A stretch of 64,000 nucleotides of DNA from Octopus vulgaris (lineage: Eukaryota). Location: positions 70,618,001 through 70,682,000 of the forward strand of contig OX597833.1 of the NCBI GenBank assembly GCA_951406725.2, read 5' to 3'. The first letter of the stretch is position 1, and each line of letters begins with the position of its first letter. The notes below the pieces were generated by a model. That model searched no databases and was not told the DNA's origin. It saw only the letters and a program-made list of their open reading frames with translations. Positions 38,578 to 51,180 of the stretch are shown in pieces. The position numbers and the translations under genes are program-made.

Positions 38578-38805
38578 TTAACCCTTTCATTACTGTATTT
38601 CTGTTGAGATGCTCTGTGTTTCTTTCAATTACTTCAAATATAACAAAGAACTTAGTAAAATAACTTAGTTATCATTAAGCTAATCTTAGGAACATAAATT
38701 GTGATTAAGGTTTGGTGGAAGATTTTAATTCAAAACTTATGAAAACAAGACATTTGTACACGGAGCCAGAGGTGGTTTCAACCAGGTTAGTAACAAAAGG
38801 GTTAA
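38578..38805. mobile_element. TTAA-flanked MITE, second family
   Basis: TTAACCCTTTCATTACT ... AGTAACAAAAGGGTTAA. Confidence 0.88.
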
Positions 38806-39963
38806 AGGCACCAGAATTTGGTATGGTATTATCCATATCAATCAAATGGGGTGATTATATCCTTGTCGCTTATTTTGATTATATATATATATATATATAA
38901 ATTCCTCTATTTACATAATATTGAGGTCTCTTTCTTTCTTTTGTTACCTTACCGTTTTTACCTATATATATATATATATGAGAGAGAAGCAAATGTATAT
39001 GTGTATGTATGTATGTATGTGTGTATATACACACATATATATATAATGTATGTAGGTACATAGGTGTATGCATCTATACCTGTGGCATCAAAATAACAAT
39101 TTAAGAACAATCTCTCCCAATATAAAATAAGTAATGAAAAAAAAAGTGTTCCCCTCCCTCTGTTGTCCCCCCCCTCTCAGCTGTTTTATTTTGGGTCCAA
39201 GTTGCAGCTGATCTTGAAATACAAACGTGAGGGCCCCTATTTTAAACTGTTCTCGACTGCTCCCATCTGCTACTTGACTGAGATAGGCCATTATTTTGGT
39301 TCCCTTTTATCTGCAGTTGTGGAATTTTGGGGGGATATTGTTACCAAAGCTTGTTTGAAATGGGGGCAAGCTTGATTGCCAATTACACTACTAACACCCA
39401 CCACATCTGAATCCTGCTAACTAATGAGTCCACCTGAGAGCCTCCGTGTGGTTACATAATTAACTAGAAATAGCAGCCAAATCTCCATCAAACCACACTC
39501 TACTGTAGAGGTGTAGAGATCGTGTCCAGAGCATCAGTGGGAAGATAAGTTCACCTGTTGTCCCCGGTCACATGCATACACACTTAGGGGTAGTGTGATC
39601 CGTAACAACTCACCTGGACATTGATTGTTGACCGTCACAGACAAGATAATCAAAAGCAGACGTTAAATGATGATGATGATGATGATATATATATGTAAAT
39701 GTATAGTTCGCCTCACCCACCCGCATTAGTACAACTTTGAATAAATCTGCACAGTAGATACGTCTACCCTGGATGATGAATACATGCTGCAACTGCAACA
39801 AGTGATTGCTCATAAATGCTACATGAAGGGACATTAGGACACTTATGCAGCAGAAACATGTGGCAGGACTGAAGTTTAGCATGAATGTAGTGTGTAGAAT
39901 ACGAGGATAAACAACAAGCTTTGAAGATGTATGATTTTCCATTCCTTTTTCTATAACATCTTG

Positions 39964-40035
<72 letters not shown>

Positions 40036-40214
40036 ATATATATATGGCCAGATTGGAGCAATCCCAAGATTAATCAGCCGAAATTGCGAGGATGATCCGG
40101 TTCTTGACTGAAGATAAAGGGCTTCGAATGACCCGCCCATGTTTTTTTTTGTATCGTCTATCTGGATGTTTTGTTGTCTTGTTTTGCGTTATTATCCCAT
40201 TTTGTATTTTATTT

Positions 40215-40276
<62 letters not shown>

Positions 40277-40568
40277 TCTCTCCACCATCACTTGACAACC
40301 AATGTTGGTGTGTTTACATCCCTGTGACTTAGCGGTTAAGCCAAAATGTACAATAGAATAAGTACCAGGCTTTACAAAGAATAAGTCCTGGGGTCAGTTT
40401 CTTCGACTAAAGGTGGTGCTCCAGCATAGTCGCAGTCAAATGACTGAAACAAGTAAAAGAATAAAACATATATATATTTACATACATACATACATACATA
40501 TATACATGTGTACCGTTGGCGATTTTTTTTCCTCTGTCTTCCCTTCTCTGGATCTTTCCTTCTCCTAT

Positions 40569-40603
40569 GTTTCCGACGAAGAGCTCTGCTCGAAACGTTA
40601 AAC
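40569..40603 (+). ncRNA. Minimal hammerhead ribozyme motif (U4C variant)
   Basis: GTTT CCGACGA A GAGC-TCT-GCTC GAAA CGTT AAAC. Confidence 0.7.
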
Positions 40604-41230
40604 CCTCCTTCTTTCCTGAGCGTCCAATAATACTATATATGTTCCACGTCCTCATGTTGTTGTGTTTTCTCTTTGTGTTTTCACGTTTGGATTAACCATA
40701 TATATTATGATATATATGTATGTATTAATGATGGTGTCCTTGCATGGCCACAGTAACTTGCTAAATCTAAGCAAAAATGCGTGGGTGGGTGGTGTCTACG
40801 CTCACCCATGCACGTATACACATGTATTTATTTAAAGCAGGTAGGCTAAATTAATTTTTGTCATTTTTATTTTCCAATTATAAAATTTCCTGAGTTTCAC
40901 TCTTTCTTTTCTTTTTAACGATTTAATCTGATCACATAACACCACCACCCCACCACCCACCAGCTCCACCCTGCACCACCACCCCACACACAAATCACAC
41001 AACTTGTAAAACAGTTTCAAGTATTTACAACCCCCCCCCCCCGACAGAAACGGTTATAAAGAAAAACATGCAAAGTATACACAGGGGGGCTCTGAAGTAA
41101 TAATATCTCTACCCCCCACCCCAGCCCCCAGTAGACCCCTTTTATTATAATGAGAATTTTTATTGGATAATTTGAAACAACAGATTATGTGTGTGTGTGT
41201 ATGTGGTTATTTTTATTATTATAACTTGCT

Positions 41231-41234
<4 letters not shown>

Positions 41235-41269
<35 letters not shown>

Positions 41270-41776
41270 GTCTCTTTTTCCCTCTCTTTTTCTTCTCCCT
41301 TTCACTTTATTGCAATCCTCCTCTTTTTTCCTCTCTCTCTCCCTCTCTCTCTCTCTGTCTCACTGTCTCTTTTTCCCTCTCTTTTTCTTCTCTCTATCAC
41401 TTTATTGCAATCCTTCTCTTCCCCCCTCTCTCTCTCTCTTTCTCTCTCTCTCTTCCTCTCTATTACTCTTTCTTCAACCTTCTTTCTCTGTCATCCCCCC
41501 TACTTCCTCTCTACCTGTCTTTCTCTCTTCCCCCCTCTCCTTTCCTTCTCTCTCTCTCTCTCTCTGTCTCACTGTCTCTTTTTCCCTCTCTTTTTCTTCT
41601 CTCTTTCACTTTATAGCAATCCTTCTCTTTTTCCCCCTCTCTCTCTCTCTTTCTCTCTCTCTCTTCCTCTCTATTACTCTTTCTTCAACCTTCTTTCTCT
41701 GTCATCCCCCCTACTTCCTCTCTTCCTCTCTACCTGTCTTTCTCTCTTCCCCCCTCTCCTCCTCTCCTCCCCTCCC
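41235..41776. repeat. CT-rich tract with an internal duplication of about 200 bp
   Basis: CTATTACTCTTTCTTCAACCTTCTTTCTCTGTCATCCCCCCTACTTCC occurs twice; the CACTTTAT..CAATCC block occurs three times. Confidence 0.85.
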
Positions 41777-42486
41777 AATATAATTTCCCACAGGTGTGTC
41801 TTATTATACATTTGCTAACTACTTGTTTGATGGTTTTTGTTTGTTTTTTGTTTTTTCCTTTGTTTTGTTCTTTTATTTTTTTATTTTTTGTTTCATTTAA
41901 TTATTGAGGGGGAAAAAATTGTTCTTCCTGTTCTAAAAATACCAAATCATATTGTTTTGGCTTCAGAAATTGTTATATCGATTTTCACCCCCTCCCCCCA
42001 CCCGCCCCCACCGCCACTCAATCAAATTCTCTTATCGGCTGCTTGAGAGATTCTTAGTCTTAGAATTTGATTCCATTCTCGTTCCCAAACATCATTCATT
42101 CTAATGACACCGGCAACTTAACGATTCATGTCTGTGAGTCTGAAAGAGAAGACTTACAGTGTATCTCGGTGCGATTCTCCTAATTGGGAATGGAGCTAAA
42201 AGCAAGGAAATTCTGCAGGTGAACGCCGCAATCGTTAATCATCGAATCCAGCTCAGAAAGCTGACATTGTCGTCGTCTTTTACCCTTCCTGGGCCGAGAA
42301 ATACAAAGGAGCAGTGGAAAGACTGGTGTTGAATACTGGCCGTGGTCGTGTGTTAAGATGCTTGCTTCCCCACCACATAGTTCTGGGTTCAGTCTCATTG
42401 GTGGAACCTTCTGCTCTTGCCTTGGGCTGACCAAAGCTTTGTGAGTAGATTTGGTAGATGGAAACTGAAAGAAGCCTGTCGTTATA

Positions 42487-43824
42487 CGAGGGAGAGTCAA
42501 ACATTATACACATTCTTGTTTTTTTTCAATGTATTTACACCAAAGCAGGGCATAGCGCCGCCTTGGCTGGCTTCCGTGCCGGTGGCACGTTAAAAGCACC
42601 CACTACACTCGCGGAGTGGTTGGCGTTAAGAAGGGCATCCAGCTGTAGAAACACTGCCAGATCAAACTGGAGCCTGGTGCAGCCCCTGGCTTCCCAGACC
42701 CCAAGTTGAACCGTCCAACCCATGCCAGCATGGAAAACAGACGTTAAACGATGATGATGATGATCATCATCATCATCATTTCTCCATATAGTCTCCTTGC
42801 TTTTCGATGCACTTGGTCCAGTGGTCCTCAATCTTGCATATTCTCTCCAAGAAGAATGTTTTAGATTGGTTGTGCTACTATTTAAGTACTGCTTCACATC
42901 TTCATCTGTAGGAAATCAATGACCTCATAAACCATCCTTGAGCTGTCCAAAGATCTGATAGTCGGAAGGGATGAGATCTGGGCTGTAAGCAGGGTGTTCC
43001 AGCACCTCAAAACCCAAATGGTTAATGGTTTCAACAGTTTGGGCGGTCGTGTGTGGGCATGCATTGTCATGCAACAACAAAACTTTCTTTGACAATAGGC
43101 TTCAGCGTTTGGTGCGAATTGCTGGTTTCAGTTTGTTGGCCAGCAAAGCACTGTATCTTGCACTGTTGATCGTACACCCCCTTTCCTGGCAGTCTTCCAG
43201 TATAGGGCCCTTTTGAGTCCCAAAAAAGAGTTAAACTGTGTCTTGAATTTTTTCTTCGCTGGCAAGCGACGCTGTTTCCATTCCATGCTCTGTCTTTTGG
43301 ATTCTGCCTCATAATGCCACGTTTCATCTCCTGTGACTATTCTGCTCAAAAATCTCTCCCCCTTGTTATAGCAATCAAGTAAACATTGGCAACCTTCAAG
43401 CCGTTTGTACTTGTGCTTTGCAGGAAGCTCTCTTGGCACCCATCTTGCACAGACTTTAACCCTTTAGTGTTTAAACTGGCCAAATCTGGCCCAATATATT
43501 CTACATGTTTTATATTCAAACTGGCGATATCTAAAAAGTATTACATTTAACAGAGTAATCTGGACACTAAAGGGTTAAGGAAGCCAAACTCATTGTGGAT
43601 GATTTGACAGGCAGATCCATGACCAATCGGATCACTGCTCCTTGTTCTTCTCTGTGGAACGGCCATGTTTATACTGTAAAGCCAGAAAAAGAAAATGGCA
43701 TGACCAGGCTCAAACTTCGATCATGTGACCACAATAGTACCAACTAAAAGCACGAATGCGCAGAAGGCAGTGTGACATAAAGATATGTTATGGTGAAAGT
43801 GCAGATAATTTTCGACTTTCTCTA
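42487..43824 (-). mobile_element. Decayed mariner (DD34D) transposon with nested family-B element (42550-42780) and TTAA MITE (43456-43578)
   Basis: WVPREL, IVTGDETW, LLHDNA...HPAYSPDLIPSD with 34 residues between the catalytic Ds; TIR TA-CGAGGGAGAGTCAAA and a degenerate partner near 43800-43824. Confidence 0.9.
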
Positions 43825-45146
43825 TGTGTGTGTGTGTCTTTGTGTCGGTGTTTGTCCCCTCCATGACCATTCAGCAACCTGTATCGGTGTGTTTATGTCC
43901 CTATAACTTAACGGTTTGGCAAAAGGGAACAATAGAATCAGCACCAGGCTTTACAAAAGTGAGTATGGGGTTGGATGTGGTTGACTAAAACTCTTCCAGT
44001 TTCTGTCCCATCATGGCTACAGTCCAATGATTGAGACAAATAAAACAGGTGGGTGTGTGTGTGCGCGCAGCTAAATGACAGGTTTTTTCCAGTTTCCATC
44101 TACCAAATCCACTCAGGGCTTTAGTCTGCCTACCTGAGGCTATAGTGGGAGACACTTATCCTAGACACCATGCAGTGGGACTGAACCCACAACCATATGG
44201 TTGGGAAGCAAACTTCTTACCATGATAATAATTGCACAATCTAGTGTGCCCTTCTATAGAGCATGATTTGCGGGAGATTTCTCTGCTATTTTGGGGCCAG
44301 TTGGTCAACCCCATAAAAGTTCCCTCAATGGTTCAGTTTTAGCATAAACCGTATGGGTCTATAGAACAAATAGATTATCAGAATCTGTCTCTGTCTCACG
44401 ACACCTGATGGACACAGATCTAATTTCAATATAAACATTAAAAAATATATTTTCTTTTACTTGGCTGAGAATAAAACACAACTTTTTTTTGTTTTTTCAT
44501 GTAATCTATTTTAAAAAAATAGCTGAGATGCAGTGTTTTTTTTTGTTGTTGTTTCTTTTTCCATAAATATTTCAAGTAAATTATTCTGAATGTTGCATAT
44601 ACTCTCGTAGACAGTTGAACTAGTTAGCTATCACTAGAGTTTCTATTGATTTATCTGGATTTAGAAGGTAAGGAAAAAAAATAGAGAAAAAAAATAACTG
44701 CAAAAATAGTAAACATAAAAATAAATATAGAGCGGGGGAAAAAAAAGAGAAAAAAACCCCCCCCAGCTCTGTGTATCTGTGTAAAAGAAGACTAATTCTT
44801 CAGCTGGTGTGATAGACCGACATTCTATTTTCCTGACACCTAAGAAGAATTCTTCTGTTGAGGAGATTAACAGCTTTACCGATTATCATTATTGTTATTA
44901 TTTAAACAGAAATCTGTCATGGTTTATTATATAAGTTGGTTCTATTTTACAGAACAGGAAGTTCTGTTGCTGTTGAAGGCTTCTTTTAAATGTATTTATT
45001 TATTTTCGTTTTATACCTTATTCTTCATCTTTGGGTTTTATTTTTATTCATAAGATCTGTGACAGGGAACTTCTACTGGTTTTTTTTTTTTTTAATGCTA
45101 GAAAAAAATCCCTTTTGTGATGTGAATTGTCAAGAACATTTGTCTG

Positions 45147-45196
<50 letters not shown>

Positions 45197-45199
<3 letters not shown>

Positions 45200-45618
45200 C
45201 GCAGGAGTGGCTGTGTGGTAAGTAGCTTGCTAACCAACCACATGGTTCCGGGTTCATTCCCACCACGTGGCATCTTGGGCAAGTGTCTTCTGTTATAGCC
45301 CCAAGCCGACCAATGCCTTGTGAGTGGATTTGGTAGACAGAAACTGAAAGAAGCCTGTCGTATATATGTATATATATATATATATGTATGTGTGTGTTTG
45401 TGTGTCTGTGTTTGTCTCCTTAGCATTGCTTGACAACCGATGCTGGTGTGTTTACGTCCCCGTCACTTAGCGGTTCGGCAAAAGAGACCGATAGAGTAAG
45501 TACTGGGCTTACAAAAAATAAGTCCCGGGGTCAATTTGCTCGACTAAAGGCGGTGCTCCAGCATGGCCGCAGTCAAATGACTGAAACAAGTAAAAAGGGT
45601 AAAAAAAAAAAAAGAGTA
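45197..45618 (+). mobile_element. SINE family A, full length (reference copy)
   Basis: tRNA-like head with A-box TGGCTGTGTGG and B-box GGTTCATTCCC, core, TA/GT microsatellite, 3' module, GTAAAA tail. Confidence 0.92.
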
Positions 45619-46023
45619 TATATATATATATATACACATACATTCATCTATATAGTTGTAAAACGATACTGCTTTCTCCATCTATATATCATGATTTAAG
45701 TTCATCTTCCATTTTCCATGCTGGCATGGGTTGGATGGTTTGACAGGAGCAGGCAAACTGCAGAGCTGCCCCAGGCTCCAATTGTCTATTTTTGGTATGG
45801 TTTCTATGGCTGGATGCCCTTCCTAATGCCAACCACTTAGCAGAGTCTACTGGGTGCTTATTACATGGAGCTAGCATCAGTGCTTATTACGTGGTGCCAG
45901 AACAGAAGCCTTTTACATGACACCAGTATGGGCGCATTTTATGCGGCACCAGCTTGGGTGCTATTTATGTGGTGTGTGTGTGTGTGTGTATACACACACA
46001 CATATATATATATATATATACAT

Positions 46024-46225
46024 ACTCTTTTACTTGCTTCAGTCATTTGACTGCAGCCATGCTGGAGCACTGCCTTTAATCGAGCAACTCGACCCCAGGA
46101 CTTATTCTTTGTAAGCCCAGTACTTATTCTATCCGTCTCTTTTGCCGAACCGCTAAGTGACGGGGACGTAAACACACCAGCATCGGTGAGGGGGGACAAA
46201 CACAGACACACAAACATATACACAC

Positions 46226-46284
<59 letters not shown>

Positions 46285-46447
46285 CGATAGGCTTCTTTCA
46301 GTTTCCGTCTACCAAATCCACTCACAAGGCTTTGTTCGGCCCGAGGCTATAGTAGAAGACACTAGCACAAGGTGCCACGCAGTGGGACTGAACCCGGAAC
46401 CATGTGGTTGGTAAACAAGCTACTTACCACACAGCCACTACTGCACC

Positions 46448-46448
<1 letters not shown>
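46024..46448 (-). mobile_element. SINE family A, full length
   Basis: Reverse complement of 45197-45618. Confidence 0.92.
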
Positions 46449-46470
<22 letters not shown>

Positions 46471-46478
<8 letters not shown>

Positions 46479-46829
46479 ATATTTCGGAATGGTCATATTG
46501 CCAGTTTAGCCAATAAAAACACACGCACTATATATTTGGTGTTATTTTGCTTCAGTGATATTTATTTTTTACATTAATCTTAATCTTATTTCGGCCAAAG
46601 TTCTTTCGTCACACTCCTGACGGTTAGTAAGGAGAGACACAAGTAAGTGAGAAGAAAACAAAGGACCACTGATGCGGTCACAGGAGTGTGACGAAAGAAC
46701 TTTGGCCGAAATAAGATTAAGATTAATGTAAAAAATAAATATCACTGAAGCAAAATAACACCAAATATATAGTGCGTGTGTTTTTATTGGCTAAACTGGC
46801 AATATGACCATTCCGAAATATAACAATAT
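46471..46829. mobile_element. Foldback element with apparently perfect 149-bp arms and a hammerhead-like motif at 46663-46707
   Basis: 46471-46619 is the reverse complement of 46681-46829. Confidence 0.8.
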
Positions 46830-47614
46830 CTGTTTCAACACACGACTTCACATAAAAAATCTTGCACAACAAATATTTAAACGTATATATATATATATAT
46901 ATACACAGTTTAAAAGATTACTATATCTATCTATCATCTGTGTGTGTGTGTACTTCAGCTGTAATGTTGTTGTTGTTAGCAGCAGCAGCAGTAACAGAAG
47001 CAAGCTTATTAGTAAGAGAAAAACTCTTCAGCTTAAAACTGAGAAACTGTAAATAAAATGTTGATGGCCTTTTTTTTATTTATTTTTTTATTTTTGTTTT
47101 GTTTGTCTCTTTCCTTGAAGGATATTAAGCAAAGGTATCAGATGGATTAGTTAATTATTGATTCAATTAAACTTGGAAACCAAAATAGCACAAGATTCTC
47201 AAGGAACTGTCGATCTTGCTAGAGGAAGAAGAAGAAGAAGAAAAAGAGAAAGAAGGTGTTTCTTGCTTTCCAAAGAAAGCATCAAATTCCTCGGTAGACA
47301 TTATTTATTTGGATGGCTGTTCTCTTCCATTCTTTGGTTTTCTTGTTTGCAATCATGTCTGCCGACTTAGACCCAACCAATATTTTTACTCTCTGCCAAT
47401 CTCGTTCTTGATCAATGTCTAATAGTTCAGTATCTTGCCGCCAGATTTATTTCCTCTTTCACGAAATCTCGATGCAACTTACCAAAGATCATGCCTGCTG
47501 CAAATCTATGATTTCTCTTACCAAAGATTTCTCTACACTCTGCAGATCAGTCTTTCTCCTCTCTAAGCTATATACTATTCCTACATGTTATCCTACATGT
47601 AGCCACTAAGCTCT

Positions 47615-47998
47615 TTTACTCTTTTACTTGTTTCAGTCATTTGACTGCGGCCATGCTGGAGCACCGCCTTTAATCGAGTAACTCGACCCCGGGACTTATT
47701 CTTTTTGTAAGCCCATTACTTATTCTATCGGTCTCTTTTGCCGAACTGCTGAGTGACGTGGACATAAACACACCAGCATCGGTTGTCAAGCAATGCTAGG
47801 GGGACAAACACAGACACACAAACACACACATACATATATATACATATATACGATGGGCTTCTTTCAGTTTCCGTCTACCAAATCCACTCACGAGGCTATA
47901 GTAGAAGACACTTGCCCAAGGTGCTACGCAGTGGAACTGAACCCCGAACCATGTGGTTGATAAACAAGCTACTTACCACACAGCCACTCCTGCGCCTA
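47615..47998 (-). mobile_element. SINE family A flanked by a 48-bp direct repeat
   Basis: Direct repeat at 47567-47614 and 48000-48047. Confidence 0.9.
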
Positions 47999-48662
47999 TG
48001 CTATAAACTATTCCTCCATGTTATCCTACATGTAGCCACTAAGCTCTGTACTTACCACCCATTAGTTCATGGAACTGATTAGATAGAACTGGACAAATTG
48101 TCATTTTGAAAAGAGAACTTTAGGTTAATGTTTTTTAATGGTCAAGTTGGTTGGTCGATAGATCAGTCGATCAGTCTGACAGTCAGTTGCTTGGTCCATT
48201 GATTGGTTGGCTGGTTGGTCAATTGGTCAGTTGGCTGTTTGATTGGTTGGTCAGTCAGTCGGTTGGTGTGTTGGTCAATTGATCAGTCAGTTAGTCGGTC
48301 AGTTGACTGGTATTGGTATTGGCCCATTTGCTTAAGTTTGTAAATATATTAATTCAAAGGACAATGCGAACTAAAAAGAGGAGAGATCAATTGTTAAGAA
48401 GAACCAAGGAAATTGAAGAGAGACAATGTTTTTAATGGGTTTTAACCGCAGGTCAGCTTTGATCAAGTAGACCCATGATCAAACCCATTCCAGCCATGAC
48501 CAATGCTGTAGTTTTTTTCTAATGTTTTCCCTCCCGTTTGCACACAGTCGATATGAGATTACATTGTTCAGTGCCTTCTTTGTTTTTCTTAAAATTTCAG
48601 GGAGATTTAGTTGTTATTTCTAGCAAGCCAAGTGACTGCATAGGGGATTTCTCATCACCTTC

Positions 48663-48693
<31 letters not shown>

Positions 48694-49224
48694 CGACGAC
48701 CATCTTTTAATGTCCTCTTTCCATGCTAGCATCTGCTGTGTGTGTGGGGGGGGGGAAGGAAAGAAAGAGAAGAGGAAGAGAGAAAGGAGGAAGGAAAGAG
48801 GGAGAGAGAAAGGAAGAGGGAGAGAGAAAGGAAGAGGGAGGGAAAAAAGAGAGGAAGGAGAGAGAAAGGAGGAGGGAAAGTGAGTATTTTGTGTCTGTTT
48901 GGTTTATTCATGCAAACGTAGCATCATTGAAATAAAATTTAAACTTCATCGATGACTCTCCACCCCCCACCCCACCCCCCACCCCTCCACCATTTATTCC
49001 ACTTATTGGCGATAGTTAAAGAGCCTGTTACTTGGAAATGCAACCAAGCGTGAACATTTTGGTTCCGATTATACATGCTGGGCACACAAAAGTCATCTTC
49101 TATTTTATTTTTTTTGTTTGTTTTTGTTTTTGTTTTATCTGTTCAGTCAGAAGAGGCCTACTTTGTGCCAGTGGTGCGTTTGAGATGATGCCAGTATGGA
49201 GATAGCCTGGGAATATTGATCTCA

Positions 49225-49542
49225 AATCTTGACACAAGGCCAGCAATTTAGGGGCAGGGGAGTCGTCGGTTACATCGACCCCAGCGCTCAACTGGTACTT
49301 ATTAATTTATTGTCCCTGATAGGATGAAAGGCAAAGTCCACCTCGGTGGAATTTGAACTCAACATAAAGAGGAACGAAATGCTGCTAAGCATTTTGCCCA
49401 ACATGCTAACAATTGTGCCAGCTCACTGGGGGGGTCGATAAATTAAGTACCAGTTACACACTGGGGTCGATGTAATCAACTTAATCTGTTTGTCTGTCCT
49501 TGTTTGTCCCCTCTGTGTTTAGCCCCTTGTGGATAGTAAAGA

Positions 49543-49546
<4 letters not shown>
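49225..49546. mobile_element. Two family-C SINE pieces in opposite orientation
   Basis: 49225-49425 on minus, 49430-49546 on plus. Confidence 0.75.
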
Positions 49547-49586
<40 letters not shown>

Positions 49587-50346
49587 GCACACACACACAC
49601 ATAGTTGAAATTTACAGAAAGACGTAAGACAAAGACAGGTGTAATAAGCAACAAGCAGGTGTATTAGTTTGATGCTCAGGAAGGTGAGAAAGACTTTTAC
49701 GTTTTGAGCCTACGCTCTTTAACAGAAAGGAACGTGAGGAGAGAGAGTAAAAAAAAACTTGTGGATTTAGTGGTCAATCATGGCAACTGGTTGGAAAAAG
49801 GTAGTTGGACAGAAGTGAGAAGAAGGGGAGATAATAAAGTACTGGTGATCCCCAAAACACTTATATAGACATATAAGTCTATGCACGCATTCTGAACTAA
49901 TTTATTCATCCATTTTTAAGAGACCACTGTGGACTTAGAAGGAGAGTTGGCTGCTACATTTAGCAGGTGAAGTGACTACATACAAAATCCTTTGGTATGT
50001 GCAGAGGGTCTCTCATATCTTGTAGGTACTTGCATGGAGGCTCGCTCTTTGGCACTTGCATAGAGGCTTGCTCGTTAGCATTGAAGTAAATTGCTAACCT
50101 AGATGAGATACTTAATTATCAGTCATTAACGAATTTGAGTTAAAAATTCTTCCAGCGCTTCATTTAGTCTATAGCCAGCCATATATGGATAACTAGACTA
50201 CAATAGATGCGATTTTGTTTTTGGATCCAAATCTCTCTTTAGGCCAAACTTCAGTGGTTGCTAGGCAACGATCTCCTTATGTTAAAAGAAATTATATGCA
50301 TCTTAGTGTTTTGATCAATATTTCAAATGTTGGCATACAATTTTAC

Positions 50347-50385
<39 letters not shown>

Positions 50386-51180
50386 GCACACACACATGTA
50401 TATTTATACACACACACGTATACTTAAGCACACGCACACACATAGCTGCTAGCCATGTTTCAGAAGTTTTTTTTTTTTTGTATGTGTGTTTTTAGCTTTT
50501 CTTGAATTTATTTTATGATTTTATTATTTTATTTTCTTTAAGTGAAATATTGGTTAAAAATTGAATTGTCTGAAGGCTAATACATGTGCTTCGGTGTGTA
50601 CGGACTAAAATATGTTATTGGTAATACAGAAAATAGAAACAAAATTACATTTATGATAACTAAGATTGCGTTTATTCATCCGCCTGTATTTTCCATTACT
50701 AGAATTCTCTCTTGCTTTTTATTTGAATTATTTCTGGCTAATGAAGCTTTTTTGTTCTTCTTTTGTTTTTATTTCATTTTCTTTACTCTAATTTCTTTTT
50801 GCTCTCCTTCTCTTCTTTTCCTCTCTCTCTCTCTCTCGTTATGTGAGACTTAGAGAGGTGGCCAATTTTAATATATATTTAGTAAATCCTATTATGTCAG
50901 GTTGTTATAGCAATTGATTTTGTTTCTAGTCTTAAAGTCGTAAATAATGCATCTCCAGATAATTAATAGACGAGGAATTAGACAGACTCGTAGATGAAAC
51001 ATTGCCAAAAACTATTTTTCTTGGAAAAATGAGACAATATTTTGGAAAAGAAGTTTTAAAATATAATGAAGCTAAGGCCACAACATGGCTGTATGAGAAT
51101 GAGATGCAGGAGTGTAAGGAAAGCTTTGAAAGAGAGAGAAAGAGATGTGTGTGTGTTTGTGTGGTACATACATGTGTAAA

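Noticed and set aside
42158-42288. Minus-strand exon-like segment (CCCAG...GTAAGT)
   Set aside because: Stops in all three frames, no partner exons, and the structural bias points to the + strand.
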